Source: Octopus bimaculoides (taxonomy: Eukaryota). Taken from it: a stretch of 32,329 nucleotides of DNA. Every line of letters starts with the position of its first letter. Positions within the stretch are counted from its first letter, which is position 1. This document shows, one piece after another, positions 1 to 11,035 of the stretch. Both the position numbers and the translations under genes were made by a program. The stretch is from assembly GCF_001194135.2 (NCBI RefSeq), contig NC_069006.1, positions 23,492,599 through 23,524,927 on the forward strand, read 5' to 3'. A model generated the notes under the pieces. That model ran no database searches, was not told the DNA's origin, and saw nothing but the letters and a program-made list of their open reading frames with translations.

Positions 1-384
1 TATATAATATGTATATGGTTTAAATAAAAGGTTAAAAAAAAGGCAGGGGGGTCAATGGACCCAGAATTATATAAAACTGCCCTCCCCGACCCTCTTCTCT
101 TTCTCTCTAATCCCCCCAACCCAAATCCTCCGCGCCCCATTCAGGTTGACACTGTACAATCTACTTTCATTATAAACAATAAAGTTTCCTTTGGTTGTAC
201 TGAGTAAGGAAAAAAAATATAGATGCTTGTTTTTGTTTTGTTTTTTGTCTTGTTTTGTTGTTTTTTTTTCATCTTGACCGGTGGTCTGGAAGGTGTTGGT
301 GCTTTTTTTATTTTGTCTTGACCATTGGTCAAGTTGATTGTGTGTCTTTGTGTTGTTTTTTTGTTTTGTTTTTATCTTGATCAT

Positions 385-544
385 AGGTGCAGATGTGGCT
401 GTATGGTAAGGAATTTGCTACCAGACAGCATGGCTCTGGGTTCAGTCCCACTGCACAGCACCTTGGGCAAGCAAGTGTCTTTTACTTATAACCTCAGAAT
501 GACCAACATTTTCTGAGCAGATTTTGTAGACAGAAACTGTGTGT

Positions 545-577
<33 letters not shown>

Positions 578-955
578 CCAGCGTCGCCTTACTGGCACTT
601 GTGCTGGTGGCACGTGAAAAAACATTCGAGTGAGGTCGTTGCCAGTGCCACTGGGCTGGCCCTTGTGCTGGTGGCATGTAAAAGCGCCCACTACATTCTC
701 GGAGTGGTTGGCATTAAGAAGGGCATCCAGCTGTAGAAACTCTGCCAAGCCCGTCGTGTGTATGTGTGTCTATTTGTGTTTGTCCAGCACTGTTACTTTA
801 CAACTGGTGTTGGTTTGTTTGCATTCCCTGTAACATAGCAGTTTGGCAAAAGAGACCGACGGAATAATTACTGGGGTCAATTCATTCGACTAAAACCCTT
901 CAAAGTGGTGCCCCAGCATGGCCACAGACCAATGACTGAAACAAGATTAATAAAA
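385..955 (+). mobile_element. SINE family B interrupted by an RTE-type 3' fragment (about 578-749)
   Basis: Head at 385-530 and tail at 750-955 match 26492-26872; the insert matches the gtggttggcattaagaagggcatccagc repeat. Confidence 0.8.
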
Positions 956-1198
956 TTGGTCAAGATAATGTGTGCAACTTTGTCCTCAATTTTATCTTGA
1001 CCAGTGGTCATTGAGTTGTTGTCGTTACCGTTATTCCATTGGTCATTGTGATTTGTTGTTGTGTCCAGTCGATTGGTCAAGATGATTTCGTCGTTTATTT
1101 TATCTTGTTGCTGATTTTGCTTTTATTTTTATATTGTATTTTTAAAAATATATTTGTATGTTTATTTATTTATTTATTTCCCTCCACACACACACACA

Positions 1199-1304
1199 NN
1201 NNNNNNNNNNNNNNNNNNNNNNNNNNNNNNNNNNNNNNNNNNNNNNNNNNNNNNNNNNNNNNNNNNNNNNNNNNNNNNNNNNNNNNNNNNNNNNNNNNNN
1301 NNNN
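1199..1304. other. Assembly gap (N run)
   Basis: 106 N. Confidence 1.
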
Positions 1305-1357
1305 CTTCCAGGAAATTCTAATTATTTATTATAATAATAATAATAATAATAATAATT

Positions 1358-2915
1358 AGCAGTAGTTTGGCTCAATTGTTAACGTGCTGGACCAAATGCT
1401 TTGCGGTATTACTTTCCATGCAAATTTTTACATTCAAGCTCAACTTTGCCTTTCGTTATTCCAGATTTGTTAAGTACTTGAGTCCATTTAACTGGTTAAA
1501 CCCCTTTCCTTCATTCCTCATCACAAATTCCTGGCCTTTGTGCCTATATTAGAAACAATTATTGTTACTATTATTATTATTATTATTATTATTATCCAAA
1601 GCAGCACGCTGGCAGAATCATTAGCCTGCTGGACAAAATACTTAACAGCATTTCATCTTTCTTTATGTTCTGAGTTCAAATTCCACCGAGGTGAACTTTG
1701 CCTTTCATTTTTTTCTGGGTCGATAAATTAAGTACCAGTTAAGTACTGTGGTCAATGTAATCAACTTAACCCCACTCCCAAAATGTCAGGCATTGTGCCT
1801 ATACTAGAAAGGGTTCTTATTATTATTAAGGTAGCGAGCTAGCAGAATCATTTGCACGCCAGGCAAGATGTTTAGTGGTATTTCGGCTGTCTACATTTTG
1901 AGTTCAAATTCCGTCAAGGTCAACGTTGCCTTTCATCCTTTCAGGGTTGATAAATTAAGTACCAGTGAAACAGTAGGGGCCATGTAATTGACTAGTCTCC
2001 TCCCTCAAAATTTCTGGCCTTGTGCCTTTAGTAGAAAGCATTATCATCATAATCATCATCCAAGACAGCAAGCTGGCAAAATCATTAACATGCTCAGCAT
2101 TTTATCTGGCTTTGTTCCGAGTTCAAATTCCACCAAGGTTGATTTTGCATTTCATCCTTTCGAGGTTGATGAAATAGGAACCAGTTGAGCACCAGGGTTG
2201 GATGTAATCAACTTGTTCTCTTCCACAAAACTGCTAGCCTTGTGTCAAAATTGGAAATCATTATTATTATTATTATTATTACCATTGGGTGAGAGAGCAT
2301 CACACGCTATCAAATTGATGCTGGAGTACAACTGTATGAAGCCCAATATACCCATCTGATAAGGGTACACACACGGAACATTACGAGCTGGCAGAATCGT
2401 TAGCACACCGGGCAAAAAGCAGAACAGCATTTCATCCATCCATGCATTCTGAGTTCAAATTCTGCAGAGGTTGACTTTGCCTTTCATCCTTTCAGGGTTG
2501 ATAAAATAAGTACCAGTTGAGTACTGGGGTCGATGGAATTGACCTGGTCCCTATCCCAAAACTGCTGGCCTTGTGCCAAAATTTGAAACCACCATTATTA
2601 TTATTATTATTATTATTTGGTTGATTCATTGGCAGAATCATGAAAGTCAGAAATAATGCCATGTGGTATTTGTTCCGGCTCTTAACATTCTAAGTTCAAC
2701 CCCTACTGAAGTTAGCTTTGCCTTTCGTCCTTCAGGGATGGATGAAATAAAGTATCAGTCATGTACTGGGGGATTGCTTAATCCACTAATCTTTCTCTCC
2801 TTGATACTGCTGGCCTTGTACCTAAATTAGAAAACATTGTTGTTACTATTACCTTTATCTACTATCTTTCTGGGATAAAATAAAATGAATACCAGTCACG
2901 TAATAGGGTCAGCTA
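1358..2915 (+). mobile_element. Tandem array of about 6 copies plus a fragment of tRNA-derived SINE family A, separated by (ATT)n
   Basis: Roughly 200-bp unit ggtggcgagctggcagaatc...gagttcaaattcc...gtaccag...ggccttgtgcc...gaaacc, starting near 1360, 1598, 1829, 2062, 2385 and 2628. A-box- and B-box-like motifs; all copies same orientation. Confidence 0.85.
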
Positions 2916-3082
2916 TGGCTATAAGGTTAAAATGTTTACTTCAGAACAGTGTGATTCCAGGGTCAATCCCACAACATGGCACCTCAGGTTGAACAATACA
3001 TCGTGAGACAAATTTGGTACATAGATACTGTGTGGACGCCTGTTATGTGTGTACGTACATATATTATATGTATGTATATATA

Positions 3083-3148
<66 letters not shown>

Positions 3149-3245
3149 TCTCCCTGGAAATGTATCAAAGTTCATCTGGCAGTAAGAATATGCTTCCAGA
3201 GGGATTTGTGGTCTAGAATAGCCAGAGATAACAAGTTTTATATAT

Positions 3246-3415
3246 NNNNNNNNNNNNNNNNNNNNNNNNNNNNNNNNNNNNNNNNNNNNNNNNNNNNNNN
3301 NNNNNNNNNNNNNNNNNNNNNNNNNNNNNNNNNNNNNNNNNNNNNNNNNNNNNNNNNNNNNNNNNNNNNNNNNNNNNNNNNNNNNNNNNNNNNNNNNNNN
3401 NNNNNNNNNNNNNNN
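3246..3415. other. Assembly gap (N run)
   Basis: 170 N. Confidence 1.
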
Positions 3416-4410
3416 TATATACATAATTTCTTTCACTAATAATGTATATCGGCAGAAAAAATACAAAAATACAAAAAAAAGACAAAAAACAAGAACAGTG
3501 ACCCACCCTTGTTGGAAATGCAGTGAAACCAGTGATTGGCCCGTTGGGGATCTGAAACCAACGAAGCTATTGTTCATAAATTATGATTTGAAATTAAAAT
3601 AAATAATTAAAACCTAATTAATGGGGTTTCGCTTTTACGTCTATTCTTTGTGATCTGTCTGAAAAAAGCTTTTTTTTTTTTGTTTGTTTGTTTTTTGTTT
3701 TTTTTAATTTTATAATTTTGGTCTTATCTTTCTAATGATGACTTGTCTTTTGGTGATACTTTTCATTTCAAAAGAGGACAAGAAACAGCAAGAAACCTGT
3801 TCTGCTCTGGTGTCTTCTCTCACATTTTTACCCCTCATCTCTTAGTATAAAGCTATCAATCTCTATCTCAGCTTTGCATGCTACTTGGCGAGCTCACTAG
3901 TGCTGGTGCCAGAGAGAGAAAAAAGCACCCAATATAGGCTGTAAAGTGGTCGGTATTAGAAAGGGCATCCAGTTATAGAAACCATACCTAAGTAGACAAC
4001 TGGAGCATCATGCAGGCCTGTCAAATCCTGTCATTCCAGCATGAAACATGGACGTTAATTGATGATCATGATGGTGATGATGACAATAAAACATTAAGTT
4101 TGGAAGGAGCCAGGGATATGTGGTTCAGAAATTCATTTCTTAATCACAATTGTCCTGGGTTCATTCCTGCTGTGCAGCATCTTGGGACAAATGCTTTCCT
4201 ATAAGAGCCTTCAGTTGGCCAATATTATTTTGTGTGTGGAATTTAAGAGATGAAAATCAGATGAGAGGATATTATTATTATTATTAATTTCGCTGAGGTC
4301 AACTTTGCCTTTCATTCTTTCGGGGTCAATAAACTAAGTACCAGTGAAACACTGAGGTCGATGTAATCAACACATCCCTACCCACTGCCTTAATAATAAT
4401 AATAATAATG

Positions 4411-4578
4411 TGCTTTTTATCTTGATATGAGATCACCAGGTCACACATATATGGTTGTGATGCATGTGCCTGGTGTGCCCTTGTCAGGCAGATAATCATG
4501 ATGGATATATTGGGCTTCATATATTTGTAACCCCCAGTGTCACTTTGATGGTATGCGCTGCTCTCTCACTCAATAATT
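4411..4578 (+). mobile_element. Dispersed repeat ending in ctctctcactc-(AAT)n; inverted copy at about 2282-2375
   Basis: Reverse complement of 4500-4575 aligns with 2284-2370 (gagagagca...atgaagcccaatata.ccat). Possibly a LINE 3' UTR. Confidence 0.65.
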
Positions 4579-4589
4579 ATTTAAGCAGG

Positions 4590-4830
4590 AAAGTGGAAAA
4601 AAAAGAGACATACACAATCCTCTTAAGTCCAAAATAGCTCAACTGTCAATGATCAAAAAAAGGTGAAGATAGTGTCAGTTATTGTTGGCCCCCTGGGGAC
4701 AGCATCAAAACATATTGAGAGGAATATAAAGGTAATCAGAAGAGGGTGTCCAGTAGAACTGTTACAAAAAGTTTGCCTCCTTGGCACAGCCAGAATAATC
4801 AGGAAAGTATTAGCTGAAGAGAACAGATTG
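4590..4830 (+). mobile_element. R4/Dong-like (restriction-like endonuclease) non-LTR retrotransposon C-terminal relic
   Basis: KIVSVIVGPLGTASKHIERNIKVIRRGCPVELLQKVCLLGTARIIRKVLA matches the V.P.VIGALG...LQK..LLGTARILRKVL terminus of RLE-type elements. Confidence 0.75.
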
Positions 4831-5192
4831 CATGGTACCAAAGACTGCGGGCAGTACTGGGGTTGATGTAATCAAACAATCCCTACCCCAAATTTCAGGC
4901 CTTGTTCCCATATATAATTTCACTGCATCCCATGGCTACCTCTGCTAGTTTTGTAATTACAATTCCACATTATATCCCTTTAGTGTTCAAGATTATTCCG
5001 TCAACTGTAATGCTTATTTATTCACATTGTTCTGAATTAATCCTGCATTATCTCATAGCTTTGAGATTTCAATAATGTGATTACTTATTTTTAGAAAGAC
5101 ATCACAGGGTAGGTGCAAGAGGCCAGATCTGGCTGGTTTCAACATAAAACAAATAGAATATTTAATATATGTATCTCTTACTGATATGTATA

Positions 5193-5449
5193 CAGGGTTG
5201 GCCAAAAATCACCCGACAGTATATCAAAAATTCCATAAATATTTAATATTCAATTTTATTTATTCATTCCAATTATGAACGCTTAATAATTGAATGCTGT
5301 GAGTTAAAAATCAGGTTTTTCTTTTTTTTTCAGCATTTGTCTATTTATCAGTGAAGTCTCATAAAATAATTTTTTGTTTTAATCTTGGAATTAAATGGGG
5401 TTTTTTTGTTTTTTTTCATTTACTGTCAGGTGACTTTTGGCCAACCCTG
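5193..5449. mobile_element. Tc1/mariner-type MITE
   Basis: 28-bp TIRs CAGGGTTGGCCAAAAATCACCCGACAGT / ACTGTCAGGTGACTTTTGGCCAACCCTG (2 mismatches), flanked by TA on both sides. Confidence 0.9.
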
Positions 5450-6282
5450 TATATATTGTATATATTGTTAATACTAAACCCTTTAGCATTCAGCATTCTC
5501 TGTCAAACATAATCCTTATTTATTCCCATTGCTTTGAATTAATCCGACATTATCTCAAAGCTAAGAGATTTCAATAAGGAGATCGTTTATCTTTTACAAC
5601 AGCATTGTTGAGTAGATGGTGAGGGGTCAGATCTGACCAGTTTGGACACGAATCAGAATATTTGGGCCAGATATGGCAGGATTAAATGCCAAGAGATAAA
5701 GTGTTAATATTTGAAATCAAAACATTCCATCATAATTTTCTTAAGAATATTTTGTTCAATTATACACCAAACACCATCTTAATATCAAAGAAATTAGTTT
5801 TGTACATATATTCTCGATTATCTTACAAAATTAAACTTAAATTCACTGGGCCATGTATGGTAATAAAAGGGTTAAATAGACAGGGAGTGGGTGGAGGGCT
5901 TTATTTTTTTTGTTTTGGTGGGGAAGGGTTTTGATGTTTGTAGTAATCCTTTATGATTTTTTGTGTGTATACTGAGCTGTAAAAAAAGTAAGGGGTTTGC
6001 AACTAGGGAGCTGAGTCCACAGCCTGTAGGGTTCCGTATCCTTTCATTTCAAATAATATGCTGCAAACGCTCGATTTTTGTCGGGAGACAGAGGAATGAT
6101 ATGACACAGCACAACCTCCTGTTTCTTGTCTTTTAAACCGAAAACGGTCAAACGGAAACTAATATTCTCCTAATGTAAAGCTAACAAAAAGACATAAGTA
6201 TTTTTTAGAATATATATATATATTATATATAAATATAAATATACGTATGTATGTGTGTATCTGTCTGTTGTAGACGTAGAAA

Positions 6283-6358
6283 CAAAGTGTCCAAGTGGAT
6301 AAGGTACTGGACTACCAATTCAGAAGGTCTAGAGTTCAAATCCACTGCAGGCATTTTT
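6283..6358 (+). pseudogene. Degenerate tRNA-like sequence or SINE head followed by a T-run
   Basis: GTGTCCAAGTGG (A-box-like), CTGGA-CTACCAA-TTCAG stem-loop, GAGTTCAAATCC (B box), then TTTTTT. Acceptor and T stems are poor. Confidence 0.45.
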
Positions 6359-6534
6359 TACATGTGTTTTGGGTTGTACATAAATTTAATTAACACTGCA
6401 CGCTTTAATTCATTTTATTGGCCAGGTACCAGATTCTCTGGCAATGTTACCTGCAATATATGATAAATATTTTTTACACCTACTCCTGTACATTTTTTAT
6501 AAATCAAATATATTGATTCTCTTATGATTAATCC

Positions 6535-6617
6535 TGGCAAGTACAGAGAAGACAATGTTTTACTGAGGAGAGCTGACAAGACCGAAATATGTCCGGGGTT
6601 GTCTCCCTTGCTTGCCA
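6535..6617 (+). ncRNA. Degenerate minimal type I hammerhead-ribozyme-like motif
   Basis: CTGAGGA (6563-6569), G..C closing pair (6570/6583), GAAA (6584-6587), GTC (6591-6593), inside a roughly 20-bp imperfect helix TGGCAAG...AGACAA / TTGTCT...CTTGCCA. Stem II is mismatched. Confidence 0.5.
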
Positions 6618-6781
6618 AAAAAAGACATCAGATTAATATGATATTAATCGTTGAACTAATTTGTCCTTTTACTCACTGACTAATTATTATTATTGATTAA
6701 ATAGATTTGTGTTTTTTTTCCCTCATTACATTAAACATGGTGGGCTTACATGTCATAAAAATTGGATTCTTCTCCAGAAGT

Positions 6782-6813
<32 letters not shown>

Positions 6814-7564
6814 TATATAAACACATATACACATACATATATACAAACATTCAACACACATATACACACGTGTATACATACAAAAATATTCATACACACA
6901 CATTTATGTATACATATATACATGTTCACATGCACACATATATATATACACACACAAAAATGTGTGCGCAATATATATGTATACACACACACACATTTTA
7001 TATATACATATATATATAGAATCATCCTTTTAATAATGTGGACCAAGAGCTATTGGCCCTCCATCACTGAAAAGCCTCTGAACTATTCAAGACATTTATA
7101 TTATTTTTCTGTATTTCTCTTATTTGTTTTGTTTGTTTGTTTTTTAAACATGATCACATCTTGGAAACAAGATGGCCAAGTGATATCCATATCAAACGAC
7201 CAATTCCAAACCAAGGGTCCAAATCTACTCGCAAGCATTCCATTGTTTTATTTCTTGAGAAAACAACAGCACAAGGGAGTTGTATATGGTGGTTGAACTG
7301 CTAGAAATAGCAGCCTTGGTTGTATTGGATAATAACGTTATGTCCTATATGGCCAGAAAAAGATGGGATGGTCATGGCTGAGAAATCTATGATCATAGAT
7401 TTACTTGACCAGAGACTGACCTGGTATGCTTTTTGTATAACATTGGTATGCTCTGTGTTCAAATTTGTCAGAAATATGCACCCAGTGTTTGACCCCTTGG
7501 AAAATGTCATCTGCAAATACATACTGACTGGCTTTCTCTACAAATATATGTGTGTGTGTAAATA

Positions 7565-7596
<32 letters not shown>

Positions 7597-7627
7597 TTTT
7601 TCATTTGTGGATGAACAGTGCTAACAA

Positions 7628-7861
7628 TGGTTTCATGTGACACAAATTCACAATTCTTCAAGAGTTCCATTTTATGATGAACACAATTAGCAACATCCTA
7701 CACTGGAACACTTGAAGAATTGTGAATTTTTTTCAGCATGAAACCACTGGTGGCACTGGTAATGTACAAATAAAGAATATTTACCACCAAATGCAAAGTT
7801 GAGGATTCATATTCACTGTTCAATACTATCATTTGTGTGTGTGTGTGTGTATAGATGTGTG

Positions 7862-7911
<50 letters not shown>

Positions 7912-8006
7912 AATATTGAACAGTGAATATGAGTGCTCAGCACTGCATTGCTGGATAAATATTCTTTATTTGTGGGTTAACAAGACTACCATTGGTTTCA
8001 TGCTGA
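7628..8006. repeat. Two overlapping foldbacks
   Basis: 7645-7662 / 7711-7728 (18 bp perfect); 7733-7746 / 7993-8006 (14 bp), 7766-7783 / 7956-7973 (18 bp) and 7807-7825 / 7914-7932 (19 bp), all perfect, around a (TG)(TA)(CA) core. Confidence 0.9.
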
Positions 8007-8285
8007 GAGAAGATTTCTTAGCAATTATCAAGCTTGCCACATGGGACGTTTGTACTCGTCTCCATCTTGGATGAGAATATATATATATATATATATATAT
8101 TTGCCTTTCATTTTGTAGGCCATGAAAACCAGAGATCACCCCCTTAACCAAAGATTTCCTTTGAATGGGGGGGGGGCTTAAAAGAGGCGTTTTAAAATTT
8201 TACATTTTTGTACATATCCTATAAATGACATTTAAACTAGTCTTTCTATAAACCTTACTAATCAGATTGATTGATGTTAGTATCA

Positions 8286-9330
8286 AAGGGCGGTGGGTTG
8301 GCAGAATTAGTAGAGTTATTGTTAGACAAAATGCTTTGCGCTATTTGTTCTGCCCTTTATGTCCTGAGTTCAAATCTAGCCAAGGTCAGCTTTACCTTTT
8401 AGCACTGCAGGATTGACTGATAAAGTAAAGAGTCAGTCATGTACTCAGATTTGAAGTATCGACTTTACCCACTTCAAGTCTGAGGTCTTGTGGCATATCT
8501 TAAAAATCATTATTATTGTTGTTGTTCTGCCAGCAGTGAGCAGGCAGAATCATTACTGCACCAGGCAAAATGCTTCAGGGCATTTCATCTGTCTTTGCAT
8601 TCTAAGTTCAAATTCCACCGAGGTCAACTTTGCCTTTCATCCTTTCGGGGTTGATAAAATAAGTACCAGTCAGATACTGGGGTCAATGTAATCAACTAGC
8701 CTCCTCCCCACCCAAAATTTCAGGCCTTGTGCCTATAGTAGAAAAGATTATTATTATTATTATTATTTAGGTGGAGAGATAGTAGAACCGTTAGCACACC
8801 GGGAAAAAAATGTTTTGTAGCATTTGGACTCCTCTCAGGTCAACTTTACCTTTCATCTTTTCAGGGTCAATAAAAGAAGTACCAGTTGAATACTGGGGTC
8901 AATGTAATCGACTTAACCCCTCCCCTAAAACTGCTGGCCTTGTACCAAAATCTGAAACCATTATTGTTCTATTTTAAAGGATTGACCTAACTCCTCACAT
9001 ATGTTAATAGACAATATGCAGGGCATGATTTTTCGACAGCCTGTCTTTGTTTTGTTATTGCAATCACCTCATGCTCTTCGTATTGTCTATTATTATTATT
9101 ATTATTATTAATGATAAGGTGGTGAGCTGACAGAATTGTGAGCACGCTGGACAAAATGCTTAGCAGCATTTCGCCTGTCACTACATTCTGAGTTCAAATT
9201 CCACCCAGGTTGACTTTGCCTTTCATCCTTTCTAGGGTCGATAAATTAAGTACCAGTTGTACACTGGGGTTGATGTAATCGACTTCACACCTTCCCCAAA
9301 CTTGCTGCCCTTGTGGCAAAATTTGAAACC

Positions 9331-9361
<31 letters not shown>

Positions 9362-9500
9362 TTATGAGGTTGACTTTGCCTTTCATCCTTTTGGGGTTGA
9401 TAAAATAAGTACCAGTTGCGTACTGGGGTCTGATTTAATCAACTGCCCCCCCCCCAAACTTGCTGGCCTTGTGCCAAAATTTGAAATCATTATTGTTAGT
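8286..9500 (+). mobile_element. Second tandem array of SINE family A (about 5 copies) in (ATT)n
   Basis: Copies start near 8288, 8530, 8768, 9116 and 9366 (5'-truncated), each followed by ATT repeats; array runs into a gap. Confidence 0.85.
9006..9091. repeat. Small inverted repeat (23-bp arms), possible tiny MITE within the SINE array
   Basis: AATAGACAATATGCAGGGCATGA / TCATGCTCTTCGTATTGTCTATT, 3 mismatches. Confidence 0.7.
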
Positions 9501-9833
9501 NNNNNNNNNNNNNNNNNNNNNNNNNNNNNNNNNNNNNNNNNNNNNNNNNNNNNNNNNNNNNNNNNNNNNNNNNNNNNNNNNNNNNNNNNNNNNNNNNNNN
9601 NNNNNNNNNNNNNNNNNNNNNNNNNNNNNNNNNNNNNNNNNNNNNNNNNNNNNNNNNNNNNNNNNNNNNNNNNNNNNNNNNNNNNNNNNNNNNNNNNNNN
9701 NNNNNNNNNNNNNNNNNNNNNNNNNNNNNNNNNNNNNNNNNNNNNNNNNNNNNNNNNNNNNNNNNNNNNNNNNNNNNNNNNNNNNNNNNNNNNNNNNNNN
9801 NNNNNNNNNNNNNNNNNNNNNNNNNNNNNNNNN
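9501..9833. other. Assembly gap (N run)
   Basis: 333 N. Confidence 1.
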
Positions 9834-10184
9834 GTAATAGCTGCAAGCACTCGGTTATTGGTGGAGTGGGGGGGATGTTTTTTGTGTCTGTTTCGTTGCT
9901 GTTTTCTTTTTTGCTGGGGAGAGGCGGGGGGGATCGTATTTATTCGTTTATTTATTTAATTATTTATTTATTTTTATTATTGCCCACTCTTCATAGCTTG
10001 AAAATTCTCAATCTGTGATAATAAAATAAAGTCAAAAATTTAAAAAAAAAAAAATTAAAAAAACGCAAAAATAAAAAGAAATAAGACTACACTGTTTGTT
10101 AACTTTAATCACGTTTTTTCCCCCCACCCCCTAACTGATCAATTCCCTAATGAATGTGAAGAGGGTGGCTGTGAATTTAACATA

Positions 10185-10352
10185 ATCTGTAGTGACCATT
10201 CAACTTGCTAGAAAAACCAACCAAATCTCCTTCATCACACTTTACTGTCCTAAATAAAGAAGGGTCGATTGGAGAGCAGTATTTCTTGATAACAACAGGA
10301 TGGTCATAGCTGGAACACTTTTGATCTTAAGTCTACTCAATCAGGGCTGACT
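10185..10352 (+). mobile_element. Dispersed repeat family F
   Basis: tgctagaaa...ggatggtca(t/c)(a/g)gctgg...tcagggctgac. Related copies at about 7290-7425, 15870-16045, 18165-18350 and 19175-19345. Confidence 0.6.
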
Positions 10353-10429
10353 TAAAAAGAAAGCAATCTCATTGATTTGGAGAAGCCTACAAAAACCAGA
10401 GGGGCTGCCCCCACTCCTTCTCTAACTAA

Positions 10430-10830
10430 TTAAATATGATCTGGTTCAAACCACCTTCCAGCAAGACTATCATTACAATTTTACTCCCCCAAAAAAATCT
10501 ATTCAACAGGAATAATATAAAAGAGAGCTACTCTACAAACACCTTGCATTGGGGAAAACCATCAAGTTACATCACACTAGAATTCTTCAACATGATACAG
10601 ATAATACAAATCGAAAAGGAGATGACTGAAATTGTTAAAACTATCAGCTTTCTCTCCTTGATCACCAATGAATGGAAGTATTATGTAACAAGTTACCAAA
10701 GGAAAAGTGGTAGTAGTACGTCTTACATTGGCCTGACTGAAGGTTCATTTAAAAGAAGACTATAACAACATACGGAAACACTACCTCAAGGAAAATATTA
10801 CATTAATCTCCAAGTACATCTGATATTGGT
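10430..10830 (+). mobile_element. Penelope-like element relic (post-RT region and GIY-YIG endonuclease)
   Basis: IWFKPPSSK...LFNRNNIKESYS and SYIGLTEGSFKRRL*...SKYI*YWLK correspond to IWFNPPYS...IFNRN..K.SYS and YIG.TE..FK.R.YNH...LSKYIW.LK motifs. Contains stops and deletions. Confidence 0.75.
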
Positions 10831-10877
10831 TGAAAACAAAGTTTTGTGTGTGTGTGTGTGTGTGTGCGTATCGATCT

Positions 10878-11035
10878 TTAATTGTAGATGGAACATGTGG
10901 AAGGGGTAGGTCCAAGAAGGCATGGGACAAAGTGTGAAAAAGGATCTATAGATTTTGGGACTCAGAGAAGGGATGACAGGGGACAGTGACTCCTGGTGGT
11001 TTGCTGTGCTTGAAAAGACACGTCAAGCTGAGTAA
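10878..11035 (+). mobile_element. RTE-clade LINE ORF C-terminal relic
   Basis: With one frameshift and a stop it reads VDGTCGRGRSKKAWDKV/KKDL*ILGLREGMTGDSDSWWFAVLEKTRQAE*, the GRGRPRKTW...D...WR terminal motif typical of RTE LINEs. Confidence 0.75.

Noticed and set aside
3496-3560. Possible micro-exon on minus strand (tttcag|ATCCCCAAC...ACAAGG|gtgggt)
   Set aside because: Short, weak polypyrimidine tract, no recognisable peptide and no linked exons.
6697-7296. YIYI/HTHT/CVCV-rich ORFs (also 27474-28105 and others)
   Set aside because: Translations of dinucleotide microsatellites.
7421-7510. Exon-like 90-nt segment on minus strand (tttgcag|ATGACATTT...TACCAG|gtcagt)
   Set aside because: The donor is supplied by the end of repeat family F, neither open frame is recognisable, and no partner exons were found. 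RNA-seq would settle it.
7662-7720. C/D-box snoRNA (ATGATGA inside a stem)
   Set aside because: No CTGA D box (only CTGG) and the enclosed region is too short.
8125-8262. Helitron-like 3' end (CTAG|T)
   Set aside because: No clear subterminal hairpin at the expected distance, no identifiable 5' end and no second copy in the window.
9383-9959. ORFs spanning N runs (also 2984-3577 and 25231-25806)
   Set aside because: Artefacts of translating assembly gaps.
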